64,000 bases of DNA from a virus: positions 14,566 to 78,565 of the IMG/VR virus record IMGVR_UViG_3300009502_000034. One strand, 5' to 3'. This document shows, one piece after another, positions 55,085 to 64,000 of the stretch. The notes beneath the pieces are model-generated. The model saw nothing but the letters and a program-made list of their open reading frames with translations, was not told the origin of the DNA and did not search any database. Made by a program: the position numbers and the translations under genes. Position 1 is the stretch's first letter, and each line of letters begins with the position of its first letter.

Positions 55085-56551
55085 ATGCTTAAGTCGTATT
55101 CTACGGCATATCAAAGCTTAGTAGCACAGATTAAAAATAGTAATAGGAATATCAATACCGGGCCTAATACAGTTATTAATGATACCTGCATTATTCCAGC
55201 GGCTCAGGAAATAGTGAGAGAAACAGCCATTGCAGATTATATACAAAGGTTACAATCGTTAGATTTAATCATCTCTATGCTTGGGGACGTCAACTATCTC
55301 TCAGTGATAGCGTTTGCCTACGGCGTTGGTGTAAACGATGTTATAAGCGATATAGAAGACTATATAGATAAGCTTGGGTCTAATTATGATTTAATACGGA
55401 GGGGAGCAGCGTCAGCAGATGGTATAGTCTATTATGCAAGATATACACCGTTAATTGCCGGAGATTCTGATATCACAATATCAACCGGGTCTATTGTGTC
55501 ATCTAAGGCAAGTGGCGTCAAATATCAGGTGGTCGCTGATGTTACTATGTATGCGGTTTCTGGTGGGACGTATTATGATTCTGATCTTCAGGCATATGCT
55601 ATTCCAGTTCCGGTACAAGCGGTTAACGCAGGGTCAGCCGGTAACGCTTCAAATAATAGCATAGATAATATGGACACAGCGACAGCGGGGATGGATTTTA
55701 TAACCAATAAGGCTCCAATAGCGAATGGGACCGATGAGGAAACAGACCTAGATTTTATAGCACGCATACGATTAGTATATTCAGGCAATAATGTTGGCAC
55801 TTTAGATGGGTATAAAAAATTGGTTCTAGAAAATAGCGCAGTTACAGATTGTTATGTGGCCGGTGCAACAGATAGTTTTATGACACGTGATCAAGGATAT
55901 GGCGGCAAGATCGATATTTACATATTAGAGAATCAGATAGCTCAGGCCGTAGCCACAGTTACGGTTGCAGCAGAGACTTTTGTGTTGCCAAATCAACCAG
56001 TGTCTTCAATAGTTAGTATTAGTGGTTATGGTGCGTTGGCCGTACCATTATTTGAAGGTAATTATAATCAGGATTATGAGGGCAGTTTATTGGCATCGGC
56101 TCGTGTGAGATGGTTAAACTTTGCCGTAAATCCGCCAACCATTCCATACACAGTGACCTATCTTTATAATAGCAATATACAGACTATACAAAATCTTGTA
56201 AATCAAGTGAAGAATAAAATAGTATTTGGGCAGTTTGATGCAGCGCTTGTAAAGCAAGCAATAGAGGCACCGGTAGATATTATATTTAGTATAGCGGTTT
56301 TAAGTGGCTATTCTAAAGCATCTGTGGCTCAACAAGTTCAAACCTTAATATCAACAACTATAGATAAATATAAAATGGGAGTAGAACTTCAACAGTCTGA
56401 TATGATAGCACTGGCTTATACAATACCAGGGCTAGATCAGGTCCATGAACCGATGGTGAAATTTAATAGAACAAGTTTAACAGGTGTTAAAGACACTATT
56501 ACTGTGTCTGGTAGAGAATATATACGTGCAGGTAATGTTATAATTTCTTAA
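55085..56551 (+). CDS. baseplate J-like protein
   Basis: AVNAGSAGN, NGTDEETD...RI, GGKIDIYI motifs. Confidence 0.85.
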   Translation: MLKSYSTAYQSLVAQIKNSNRNINTGPNTVINDTCIIPAAQEIVRETAIADYIQRLQSLDLIISMLGDVNYLSVIAFAYGVGVNDVISDIEDYIDKLGSNYDLIRRGAASADGIVYYARYTPLIAGDSDITISTGSIVSSKASGVKYQVVADVTMYAVSGGTYYDSDLQAYAIPVPVQAVNAGSAGNASNNSIDNMDTATAGMDFITNKAPIANGTDEETDLDFIARIRLVYSGNNVGTLDGYKKLVLENSAVTDCYVAGATDSFMTRDQGYGGKIDIYILENQIAQAVATVTVAAETFVLPNQPVSSIVSISGYGALAVPLFEGNYNQDYEGSLLASARVRWLNFAVNPPTIPYTVTYLYNSNIQTIQNLVNQVKNKIVFGQFDAALVKQAIEAPVDIIFSIAVLSGYSKASVAQQVQTLISTTIDKYKMGVELQQSDMIALAYTIPGLDQVHEPMVKFNRTSLTGVKDTITVSGREYIRAGNVIIS

Positions 56552-56560
56552 GGAGTTTTT

Positions 56561-58144
56561 ATGGCAACGCTCGTAACCAAAGGCATGAACGCATTATATT
56601 ATTCACGTGTGGATATGCTAAATAAATTTGTGTATAACAAAGACACAAATATTATTCCATATATGCCAGACCGTGAGTTTTTATTCACAGATTGGTACCC
56701 GCAATATTCAGTTGGTACAGTTTTAAAGGCAATAGTCAATGGCGGTACGCCAATTCTGTGCATGGTTCTAGACACGCTTGGAACGATATATTTTAATGGC
56801 AAATATCCGTATGGATTTTCTAAAGTGGTTATTACTGATAATTCTAATGTTGTTTTAAAGTCGTATGAATATTTAGCCGTAAACACGTACTTATATTATG
56901 AAATAGAGTCTTCGGAAGAGATGGACAGGCTTGTAGAAAAAGCCAGAATAAAGAACGATTCAATATTTGATTTAGCTCGTGATGACCAATTATATAATAA
57001 TTTTGGATCCTTGATGTACGCTAGACAACCGAGTGACTTTTCAGCGTCAGAGTACCGAACTATGCTGACTGGGCTAAAAGAAGCATACTTGAATGGCGGT
57101 ACAATATATGCCATGTCAACTGCGTGTTTTGCCATTACAGGTGCTACACCAACAATAGACCAGACACTACAAAGCTGGAAGGTGTATAAATATCCTAAAC
57201 GTGATGGCGCTAACGTGCTACAAACAAAAAAAGAATTAATATTTCGTGACAACTTGGCCACTTCTGATTTTCTTTCCACAACCATATATGGGGCACCAAG
57301 CACATTAAGTTATATTAGTGTTTATGATTCGTATAAACAATATGCACCGACAACTGATTATACAATATCAAATGTTGGTAGCAATGGGAAAATAACGTGG
57401 GTTGGCGCAACGCCTACTCCAACAACGTATTATACTGTAGAGTACGCCACTGTGGCTGCAACACAGACACATAGTTTTGTGCACGATATTCCGAATGAAG
57501 AAACAAGGATAAAGGTTAACCCTGGAGTAGTAACGTATTCTGGTAATCAAAAAGCGTACAGCGTTATTTTGACAGTTAATAATTCGTCAAGAGCAGTAAC
57601 GGCAGAGCGAGTAGTGAAGGCCGGAGATGGCGAAGAAGACGTTTTGACCAATCGTAATATGGCAAAATTTGACGTAAATAATGAAATGCATATTGGGGTT
57701 GGGTGGGCGACAACAACGTTCACGCTTGGTTACGACACCTCTAAATATTCTGTGGTGCCAAATAGCGTAAGCGATATTATCATATTGTATACAGGGTTGA
57801 CCAACACAACAACGCAGTTGACAGAGGGAGTGGATTTTACGGTCAACAGAGGTAGTGGCGTGGTGACATGGATTCATCCGCCGCCTCTTAATATTGATTT
57901 TACAGTTTCATATTCTTATGGAAGTTTAACAACAATTGTCGCTGACTCTATAACATATTATGAGGGTGTGGACTACACCTTAGATAGAGACGGTGGAACT
58001 ATATTATGGGGTACCGGGGCGCAGCCTGCCAAGTCTTACATATATACCGTAAATTATAGATATATTTTAAAAGATATTATAAGCAATGTTATAGAACGTC
58101 TTAAGCCAGCTCATATTCGTGTAAATTATGTGTATAATTCTTAA
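56561..58144 (+). CDS. baseplate wedge protein (gpI-like with Ig-like insertions)
   Basis: LYNNFG...EYR..L...GGT; C-terminal IERLKPAHIRV. Confidence 0.7.
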   Translation: MATLVTKGMNALYYSRVDMLNKFVYNKDTNIIPYMPDREFLFTDWYPQYSVGTVLKAIVNGGTPILCMVLDTLGTIYFNGKYPYGFSKVVITDNSNVVLKSYEYLAVNTYLYYEIESSEEMDRLVEKARIKNDSIFDLARDDQLYNNFGSLMYARQPSDFSASEYRTMLTGLKEAYLNGGTIYAMSTACFAITGATPTIDQTLQSWKVYKYPKRDGANVLQTKKELIFRDNLATSDFLSTTIYGAPSTLSYISVYDSYKQYAPTTDYTISNVGSNGKITWVGATPTPTTYYTVEYATVAATQTHSFVHDIPNEETRIKVNPGVVTYSGNQKAYSVILTVNNSSRAVTAERVVKAGDGEEDVLTNRNMAKFDVNNEMHIGVGWATTTFTLGYDTSKYSVVPNSVSDIIILYTGLTNTTTQLTEGVDFTVNRGSGVVTWIHPPPLNIDFTVSYSYGSLTTIVADSITYYEGVDYTLDRDGGTILWGTGAQPAKSYIYTVNYRYILKDIISNVIERLKPAHIRVNYVYNS

Positions 58145-58156
58145 TAGGAGAAACTA

Positions 58157-59338
58157 ATGGCCTGTGTAGCAAACGATTTAGTATATGGCGGACCTTGCAG
58201 TAATTGTGACCAAGGCCCCTGCACTAACAACGATCTAGGCCCTTGCACTAATCTTGACGCCGGTCTGTGTTCTAGTGGGGATTTCGGTGCATGTTCTTCC
58301 TGTGACCAAAACAGATGCTCCTTCTGTGACCAGAGTAGGTGCTTCTTATGTGACCAAGCCGCTTGTTCTGTCTGCGACCAGTGGTCTCACTGCCCTAACG
58401 ACATCGGCCCCTGCTCGTATTGCGACCAAGCCTCTTGTTCTGTCTGCGACCAAGGCCCTTGTGCTTCGTGTGACCAAGGTAAATGTTCTGCTGGAGATGT
58501 TGGGCCATGTCAACAAAATGATTCTGGAAAGTGTTCTGGTTGTGACCAGGCTTCTTGCACAGGATGTGACCAAGGGAAATGTTCAGGTGGGGACCAGGCT
58601 TCTTGCACAGGATGTGATCAAGGGATATGTAAAGGATTAGATGCAGGTATTTGTTCTGCTTGCGATGAAGGACAGTGTATAAATGGAGATAAAGGAAGCT
58701 GTTTCCAAGGAGATGACGGACATTGTGGCAGTGGAGATAATGGTTTATGTTTATTGTGTGATGATGGGCCATGTAAAATTAATGATATTACTGATTGGCC
58801 TTGCTCAAATACAGATTTAGGCCCATGTAGAAGTTGTGATGAAGGTCAGTGTTTAAATAATGATTCTACAAGATGTATCTTTACAGACGATTCTACTGTT
58901 GGCCCATGCGCTAATTGCGATCAAGGAACCTGCTCCAGTGTTGATGTGGGCCCATGTTCAACCGCAGATGCACCACCAGAACAGGTCACTGGTGTAAGTG
59001 TTTTTAAAAGTGATTTGTATGCGGTTATTAAATGGGATCCCAACACTTCAGCAGTTATCACATCATATGATATTTGGAGAACAGCCAATACTCATGGGTA
59101 CGGTTATACAAAAATTGCGACAGTCACCTCAAACGATAGCTACGGTAATAAAAATATTGTTTATGTTGATGCGGATATAAAATATAACACCCAATATTTT
59201 TATAAAATTGTAGCAACAAATACCGATGTTAGCGGAGAGTTTAGCAATGAGGCTTCAGCCGTATACGTCCCAAGTATTGCAGATTCTGATGTTCAATACC
59301 CAACTAGAAAAAACAGCAACACTAGTTATTTTAATTAA
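58157..59338 (+). CDS. Cys-rich repeat protein (32 C-x3-D motifs) fused to C-terminal fibronectin type III domain
   Basis: same MACVxNDLVYGGPC start as 30574; FN3 from ~58973: PPEQVTGV...IKWDPN...SYDIWR...YFYKIVATN...SGEFSNEASA. Confidence 0.85.
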   Translation: MACVANDLVYGGPCSNCDQGPCTNNDLGPCTNLDAGLCSSGDFGACSSCDQNRCSFCDQSRCFLCDQAACSVCDQWSHCPNDIGPCSYCDQASCSVCDQGPCASCDQGKCSAGDVGPCQQNDSGKCSGCDQASCTGCDQGKCSGGDQASCTGCDQGICKGLDAGICSACDEGQCINGDKGSCFQGDDGHCGSGDNGLCLLCDDGPCKINDITDWPCSNTDLGPCRSCDEGQCLNNDSTRCIFTDDSTVGPCANCDQGTCSSVDVGPCSTADAPPEQVTGVSVFKSDLYAVIKWDPNTSAVITSYDIWRTANTHGYGYTKIATVTSNDSYGNKNIVYVDADIKYNTQYFYKIVATNTDVSGEFSNEASAVYVPSIADSDVQYPTRKNSNTSYFN

Positions 59339-59350
59339 AGGAGATTCACA

Positions 59351-61342
59351 ATGAAAACAGTAAAAATATTCGGTGATATGGAGATTCTCACAGAGGACCA
59401 CAATTTAATCCAAAATAACAAGGATAATGAGATTAGGAAGCGTGTGTCAGATATATTCCAAAATGGAATAGTTAATACAGCGACGCCGTTTCCAATTACT
59501 GTTAATTCCGGAGATCACACTAAAATAGATATAGGCCCCGGTGTTGCCTATAATGCTTTAGGTGAGAGGATTGAGATATTCTCCGGAGAATCAGTGGTAG
59601 CAGATACGCAAGTTGCTACGGTGACTGTCGGATTATATACCTGGCCGCTGTCTCTTGATAGTTCAGATGCGCAAATACAAGCACAACCAATTCCATATTC
59701 CACAGGTAATGTCGGTATATCTTTGTATCCCTCATATGCAGCTGCAGTAACCAACTACATATTCATAGATAGAGTTGATACTCTTGCAGACTTAAATCAT
59801 TATGATGCGTCTACCGATAATTATACGTGGGGCGACTGGAATAGTAGAAATACCAAGTATTCCACAGATCAGGAAACTGGTATTAAAATGTATCCATATA
59901 AGAAAAATGGATATAGAATTATAATGGAGGCCACGCCAACATGTGTAGCGGTGCAGGCAAACGGGTCATATATCCACAATCTTTATCCGAATGCCGTATA
60001 TATTGGGAGCGTAAAAAGCACTGGCATTGGGTTATTAACATCAGCAAACATAGATATAGATAATAGCACTATCAGACAGAAGTTCCTTCAGAATTATAAA
60101 ACTGTAGGAATATATGTCCCGGCGACCACATCAGAGGCTACGGCGACATATAATCCTGGTAGTTACTCAGATCTTAAGGCGCATATAGCGGCTGTTGGTA
60201 GTCCGTCATACGGCGGTGGCTCAGGGATAGTCAGTGCGAATAACCCTCATGGGCAGACCATTTACGACCTTGGGTATACTGGTCAGGATATGACCACCCA
60301 CAGAAATGAGGAACACACGGCGTTTATTATTAACGGGTCAACTCCAGTAACGTCGAATATCAGTCTTTTGTATCCCGTGATAGATGGTTCTGCGCTAACA
60401 ACAATCCATCTATATATGCCACCCGGCGATTGGGGGATAGTGTCAGGTGGTAAAAGGTTTTCGGCGTCAGATATTGCGTCAGCTAACAGCGTTACCACTG
60501 GGATTTGGACGCACACATATGGTACCGGTGGTAATCGTTCAGTATATATATACATAGACAACTCCGGTAAAATTAATACAGATGACACTGTTTCTTTAGC
60601 ACAAATAATCGCAAATGATTATTTACTTATATGCACCATGGATATCGTCGGCGGCACGGGAGAGATTGTTGTGCCAGGAACGGTAAATTCAGGCGTGATA
60701 GATCGGCGCACGTTTGGTTCTATATCAACCAAGAATATTAACTCTGGAGCAAATCAACAGGGGGCGTCTTTAATTCCTGTCGGCGCTATCATGCAATTTT
60801 TAGGAGTGTCAGATGGTTGGTTAGAACTAAAGGGCCAAACCATCAGCTACGATCCGAGTTCAGTGTTAGCCACTGTAACCGGAGTGCAATATTACGACTT
60901 AGTGCAATATCTGAGAAATCTTCCTGGCTCACCATTTATATCAGTAACATCAACAAGCTGTGCCGTGCTCCCAGACATGAGGAATAAGTTCCCTATAGGA
61001 GTAGATGCCGGAGCAGTTAATGGATCAGCCAGAGTGTTGGGAGTGGGCGGCGGCAGTCACACAATTTCCCTTGTTGCGGCGAACATACCACATCATGCGC
61101 ACGTGACAGATAATCCAGGTGACCACGCTCACAGGCAAAGATATTACGTTGATGGTCCAACAAGTGACCATTACCCTGGGTATAACTACGCAACCAATGA
61201 AGGCGGTACAACATATAACACATGGCCTTCAGGCGCCCACACACATAGCATGGTTAGCACAAACGGCGGTACAGCCGTTAGTGGGTCTAGTGTCACCACC
61301 ACTCCGCCTTTTGTTCCAATGTATTTCTGTATTAAGTATTAA
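59351..61342 (+). CDS. tail fibre protein with tail-collar domain
   Basis: PVGAIMQF..DGWLELKGQ...LPDMRNKFPIG...GGS...NIPHHAH...HTH...PPFVPMYFCIKY. Confidence 0.8.
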   Translation: MKTVKIFGDMEILTEDHNLIQNNKDNEIRKRVSDIFQNGIVNTATPFPITVNSGDHTKIDIGPGVAYNALGERIEIFSGESVVADTQVATVTVGLYTWPLSLDSSDAQIQAQPIPYSTGNVGISLYPSYAAAVTNYIFIDRVDTLADLNHYDASTDNYTWGDWNSRNTKYSTDQETGIKMYPYKKNGYRIIMEATPTCVAVQANGSYIHNLYPNAVYIGSVKSTGIGLLTSANIDIDNSTIRQKFLQNYKTVGIYVPATTSEATATYNPGSYSDLKAHIAAVGSPSYGGGSGIVSANNPHGQTIYDLGYTGQDMTTHRNEEHTAFIINGSTPVTSNISLLYPVIDGSALTTIHLYMPPGDWGIVSGGKRFSASDIASANSVTTGIWTHTYGTGGNRSVYIYIDNSGKINTDDTVSLAQIIANDYLLICTMDIVGGTGEIVVPGTVNSGVIDRRTFGSISTKNINSGANQQGASLIPVGAIMQFLGVSDGWLELKGQTISYDPSSVLATVTGVQYYDLVQYLRNLPGSPFISVTSTSCAVLPDMRNKFPIGVDAGAVNGSARVLGVGGGSHTISLVAANIPHHAHVTDNPGDHAHRQRYYVDGPTSDHYPGYNYATNEGGTTYNTWPSGAHTHSMVSTNGGTAVSGSSVTTTPPFVPMYFCIKY

Positions 61343-61367
61343 AATTTGCTTTAAAGGAGAACCGAAT

Positions 61368-61553
61368 ATGAAATGCTTTCAGACTATTTGTGGCTTTAGG
61401 AAAAAATGTATAGGACCAAAATGCGCTCTCTATATAGTCCTATATACTAAAGATGAAAAGGACGTAACTGTTGAAAAGCCTATGTGCTCATTTAGAGCTA
61501 GTGTAATTGCACAACTTGATATGGCAAATAATGTTGATAAGCTAAAGAGGTAG
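61368..61553 (+). CDS. small Cys-containing protein after tail fibre
   Basis: AAGGAG RBS before in-frame ATG 61368; C..C....C..C pattern. Confidence 0.5.
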   Translation: MKCFQTICGFRKKCIGPKCALYIVLYTKDEKDVTVEKPMCSFRASVIAQLDMANNVDKLKR

Positions 61554-61563
61554 ATAATAGAAT

Positions 61564-62400
61564 ATGCCAAATAAATACGGATGTCGCAAACAAGATAGGG
61601 ATGCAAGAGATCACATATTTATGGCACCAAGAATGGTTTCGCTGCCAGCCAAAATGGATCTTAGACTGTACGATTCTCCAATAGAGAATCAATCTCCGCT
61701 TGGCGCCTGTGTTGCGCATGCCACCACATCGGCTTTAGAGATGTTGGAAATTAAGGCCTCTGCCCCAAAGCTTTCAGTTTTGGCGTGGATTAAATTGACT
61801 GCCATAAAGGCTGGTAGAGCAGTGCTTAATTTTTTTAGGATAATAAATTGGTATTCCAAAGACTTAAGCAGGTTGTTCGTGTATTATAATGCTAGAGATT
61901 TGGAGGGTTTGGCAGACTCTGATAGCGGTTGCAATATTAGAGATGCCATTAAGGCGTTAGCCACTCAGGGAGTGTGTAATGAAAAGGAATGGCCATATTC
62001 CCCAAATATGGTGTCGACTAAACCGAGGGACGACTGTTATTCTTGCGCCAGCGCACACAAGGTGGATGAGTATAAGGCCATACAAACCCTAGATGATATA
62101 AGGTCTTGTATAGCATCAGGGTATCCAGTAGTGATTGGTATGACAGTTTATTACTCATTTGAGTTTGGCAGCATTAATCAGACAGGAATAGTAGAGATGC
62201 CCAAAGAGGGAGAGTCTATCATCGGTGCCCACGCTGTGCTTGTAGTTGGATATGATGATACAAAACGTCTGTTAATTGTGAGAAATTCCTGGGGCGATAA
62301 GTGGGGTAAGGGTGGGTATTTTTATCTTCCTTATAATTATGCCAAAGACCCAAGCTTAGTATGGGATTGTTGGGTAATGTATAAAATGGAGGGAGAATGA
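61564..62400 (+). CDS. C1 (papain-like) cysteine peptidase
   Basis: QSPLGACVAHA, LSRLFVYYNAR, HAVLVVGY, VRNSWG..WG..GY. Confidence 0.9.
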   Translation: MPNKYGCRKQDRDARDHIFMAPRMVSLPAKMDLRLYDSPIENQSPLGACVAHATTSALEMLEIKASAPKLSVLAWIKLTAIKAGRAVLNFFRIINWYSKDLSRLFVYYNARDLEGLADSDSGCNIRDAIKALATQGVCNEKEWPYSPNMVSTKPRDDCYSCASAHKVDEYKAIQTLDDIRSCIASGYPVVIGMTVYYSFEFGSINQTGIVEMPKEGESIIGAHAVLVVGYDDTKRLLIVRNSWGDKWGKGGYFYLPYNYAKDPSLVWDCWVMYKMEGE

Positions 62401-62930
62401 GTTTACAAGATGATCTAGAAAAAGCCGATCAGCCTGCCACGCCAAATTCTCAGGATCATTTTAACCTGTGTTTTAAGTTTACGATGGCTGAAGAGTGTTC
62501 TCCTGGAGATTATAAATCTAATACTGAAGGAGACACCGGTGGTAGAACCGTGTGTGGAATAGCTGAGTCTTCACACAGCAAAGAGTTGCTAGATAATTTG
62601 TGGATGCTCTCATATGAGGATGCGATATTCGCTGTTAAACCTCTGTATTGGAAAGAATATTGGTTGCCAATTGGTGGCCCGAATATTGCAGATGCGCACT
62701 ACGCTTTATGCTGTTTTGATGTCGCAGTGAATAGTGGAATTAATAGGGCTAATGATTTTATGAAGTTGCATCAAGATGTTAATGGCATATGTGACGCAAG
62801 AATAGCACTATTGAATAGGTTTTATCCAAATGGATATTGGCTAACCAACGATAATGGGGAAAAATATGATGCGTTGCCAATGCTTAAAGACCGTGTAGAA
62901 AGATGCAGAAATTGGGCTCCAAACACATAG
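62397..62930 (+). CDS. glycoside hydrolase family 108-like endolysin
   Basis: EE...DTGGRTVCGI; YWKEYW; FDVAVNSGINRA. Confidence 0.75.
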   Translation: MSLQDDLEKADQPATPNSQDHFNLCFKFTMAEECSPGDYKSNTEGDTGGRTVCGIAESSHSKELLDNLWMLSYEDAIFAVKPLYWKEYWLPIGGPNIADAHYALCCFDVAVNSGINRANDFMKLHQDVNGICDARIALLNRFYPNGYWLTNDNGEKYDALPMLKDRVERCRNWAPNT

Positions 62931-63066
62931 AGGTTAGTTATGCCAGAGGTTTGGTATGAGCAAAGCGATGTTTATGTTAATACAGAATATTGGGTATATC
63001 AATACGAATGTCATATAGAAGATGGTTATAAAGTTGTGACATTGTGTAATAAATGGAGAAGATAAT

Positions 63067-63435
63067 ATGGAAACCACAGAGAAAAAAGATAATGTTGTGG
63101 CAAAGGCCGTGCGCACAGAAGTAGAGAATATGTCTTCTGTCAGGGTTCGTGTGTTATATGGCGTAACGGCTATATGGACATTCTGTGTGTTCTATTTTAT
63201 AACACTGTTTTCTAAATTTGCATCCAAGCTAGACGATGTGACTAAGGTTCAAGTTATGACTATGGTTGCTGACAAATGTATGGGTATATTTTATGTGTGT
63301 TCTTTTTTATTTTTCGTCATGATGATGGTGTACGTTCTTAAGCGTACAAATTTTAAGTTCTCAGCCTGGGGTATTAGTTTAGATTTGTCAGACAATACTA
63401 AACCGCCACAGCCGCCGCCAAAACAAGGAGTTTAA
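63067..63435 (+). CDS. two-TM membrane protein, holin candidate
   Basis: two hydrophobic helices, adjacent to the endolysin. Confidence 0.45.
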   Translation: METTEKKDNVVAKAVRTEVENMSSVRVRVLYGVTAIWTFCVFYFITLFSKFASKLDDVTKVQVMTMVADKCMGIFYVCSFLFFVMMMVYVLKRTNFKFSAWGISLDLSDNTKPPQPPPKQGV

Positions 63436-63436
63436 T

Positions 63437-63862
63437 ATGGAATGGTTAATAAGGGCTGACGACAATGGACAAGAGTTGGTTTTGGTGCGTGGACTTCCAG
63501 GATCCGGGAAATCTACTTATGCCAGGAGTCTTGGCTATCCTAATTTTGAAGCTGATATGTTTTTTATAAAAGATGGGAAATATGTATATAATCCGGCACA
63601 AATAAGCATTGCGCATGGTTGGTGCCAAAAGAAGGCCAGTGAAGCATTGGCGGCTGGACAAAGTTGCGTGGTGTCTAATACTTTTACAACTAAGCGGGAA
63701 ATGGAACCATATTTTGAAATGGGCAGAAAATTTAACGTTCCAGTTAGAGTGGTAGCGTCCAAGGGCCAGTGGCAAAATCAGCATGGTGTTCCAGACGAGG
63801 CAATGACACGCATGAAAGCTAGGTGGGAAAATATTCCAGGAGAAACAATTATTAATGGTTAA
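63437..63862 (+). CDS. P-loop kinase (AAA_33 / N4BP2-like) with N-terminal MEWLIRAD extension
   Basis: LVRGLPGSGKST, EADMFF, AHGWCQ, VVSNTFT, HGVP motifs. Confidence 0.85.
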   Translation: MEWLIRADDNGQELVLVRGLPGSGKSTYARSLGYPNFEADMFFIKDGKYVYNPAQISIAHGWCQKKASEALAAGQSCVVSNTFTTKREMEPYFEMGRKFNVPVRVVASKGQWQNQHGVPDEAMTRMKARWENIPGETIING

Positions 63863-63877
63863 CAATAGGAGACGAAT

Positions 63878-64000
63878 ATGAATAAAACAATCTATGATTT
63901 ATACGTAAAATGGGCTTGGCTTGTTATAGCCGGATTAACAGCCATAGTGCTCTTATCGTGCAATAAGCCAGCAAAGGAGATAAGGACTGAAACCACAACA
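63878..64000 (+). CDS. putative lipoprotein, truncated by window end
   Basis: AGGAG RBS; hydrophobic signal with lipobox LLS-C. Confidence 0.5.
   Translation, partial: MNKTIYDLYVKWAWLVIAGLTAIVLLSCNKPAKEIRTETTT

Noticed and set aside
58157-58972. Diversity-generating retroelement TR/VR pair with 30574 array
   Set aside because: No reverse transcriptase in the window; both copies are coding and differ by unit order and non-adenine changes.

Overview
This window is a 64 kb, almost entirely plus-strand segment of a large contractile-tailed (myovirus-type) bacteriophage. About 1-6.3 kb is accessory: an HNH-AP2 endonuclease, tRNA-Asn, tmRNA, a double GT2/TPR glycosyltransferase, a DIP1984-like gene followed by a ~415 nt highly structured non-coding region, and a deaminase. 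The rest is the morphogenesis region. It holds the portal (intein), prohead protease/scaffold (intein), head decoration protein and major capsid protein (split by a group I intron carrying a LAGLIDADG gene). Next come many probable internal head proteins, including an intein-containing ATP-dependent ligase fused to a LigD-like primase-polymerase and a large protein with an mCpol-like domain. These are followed by neck, sheath, two tube-like genes, a frameshifted tail chaperone, tape measure, baseplate, tail fibre and a lysis-like module. The most striking element is a radical SAM/SPASM enzyme translationally coupled to a 426 aa protein made of 50 C-x3-D motifs on an 8-residue period. C-x3-D is the motif that the ranthipeptide maturase PapB cross-links. 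A paralogous 32-motif array fused to an FN3 domain sits between the baseplate and tail-fibre genes. This suggests phage virion proteins stapled by dozens of enzymatic thioether cross-links. No terminase gene was recognised in the window, and the host cannot be determined. All protein assignments come from motif recognition by eye, not from database searches.
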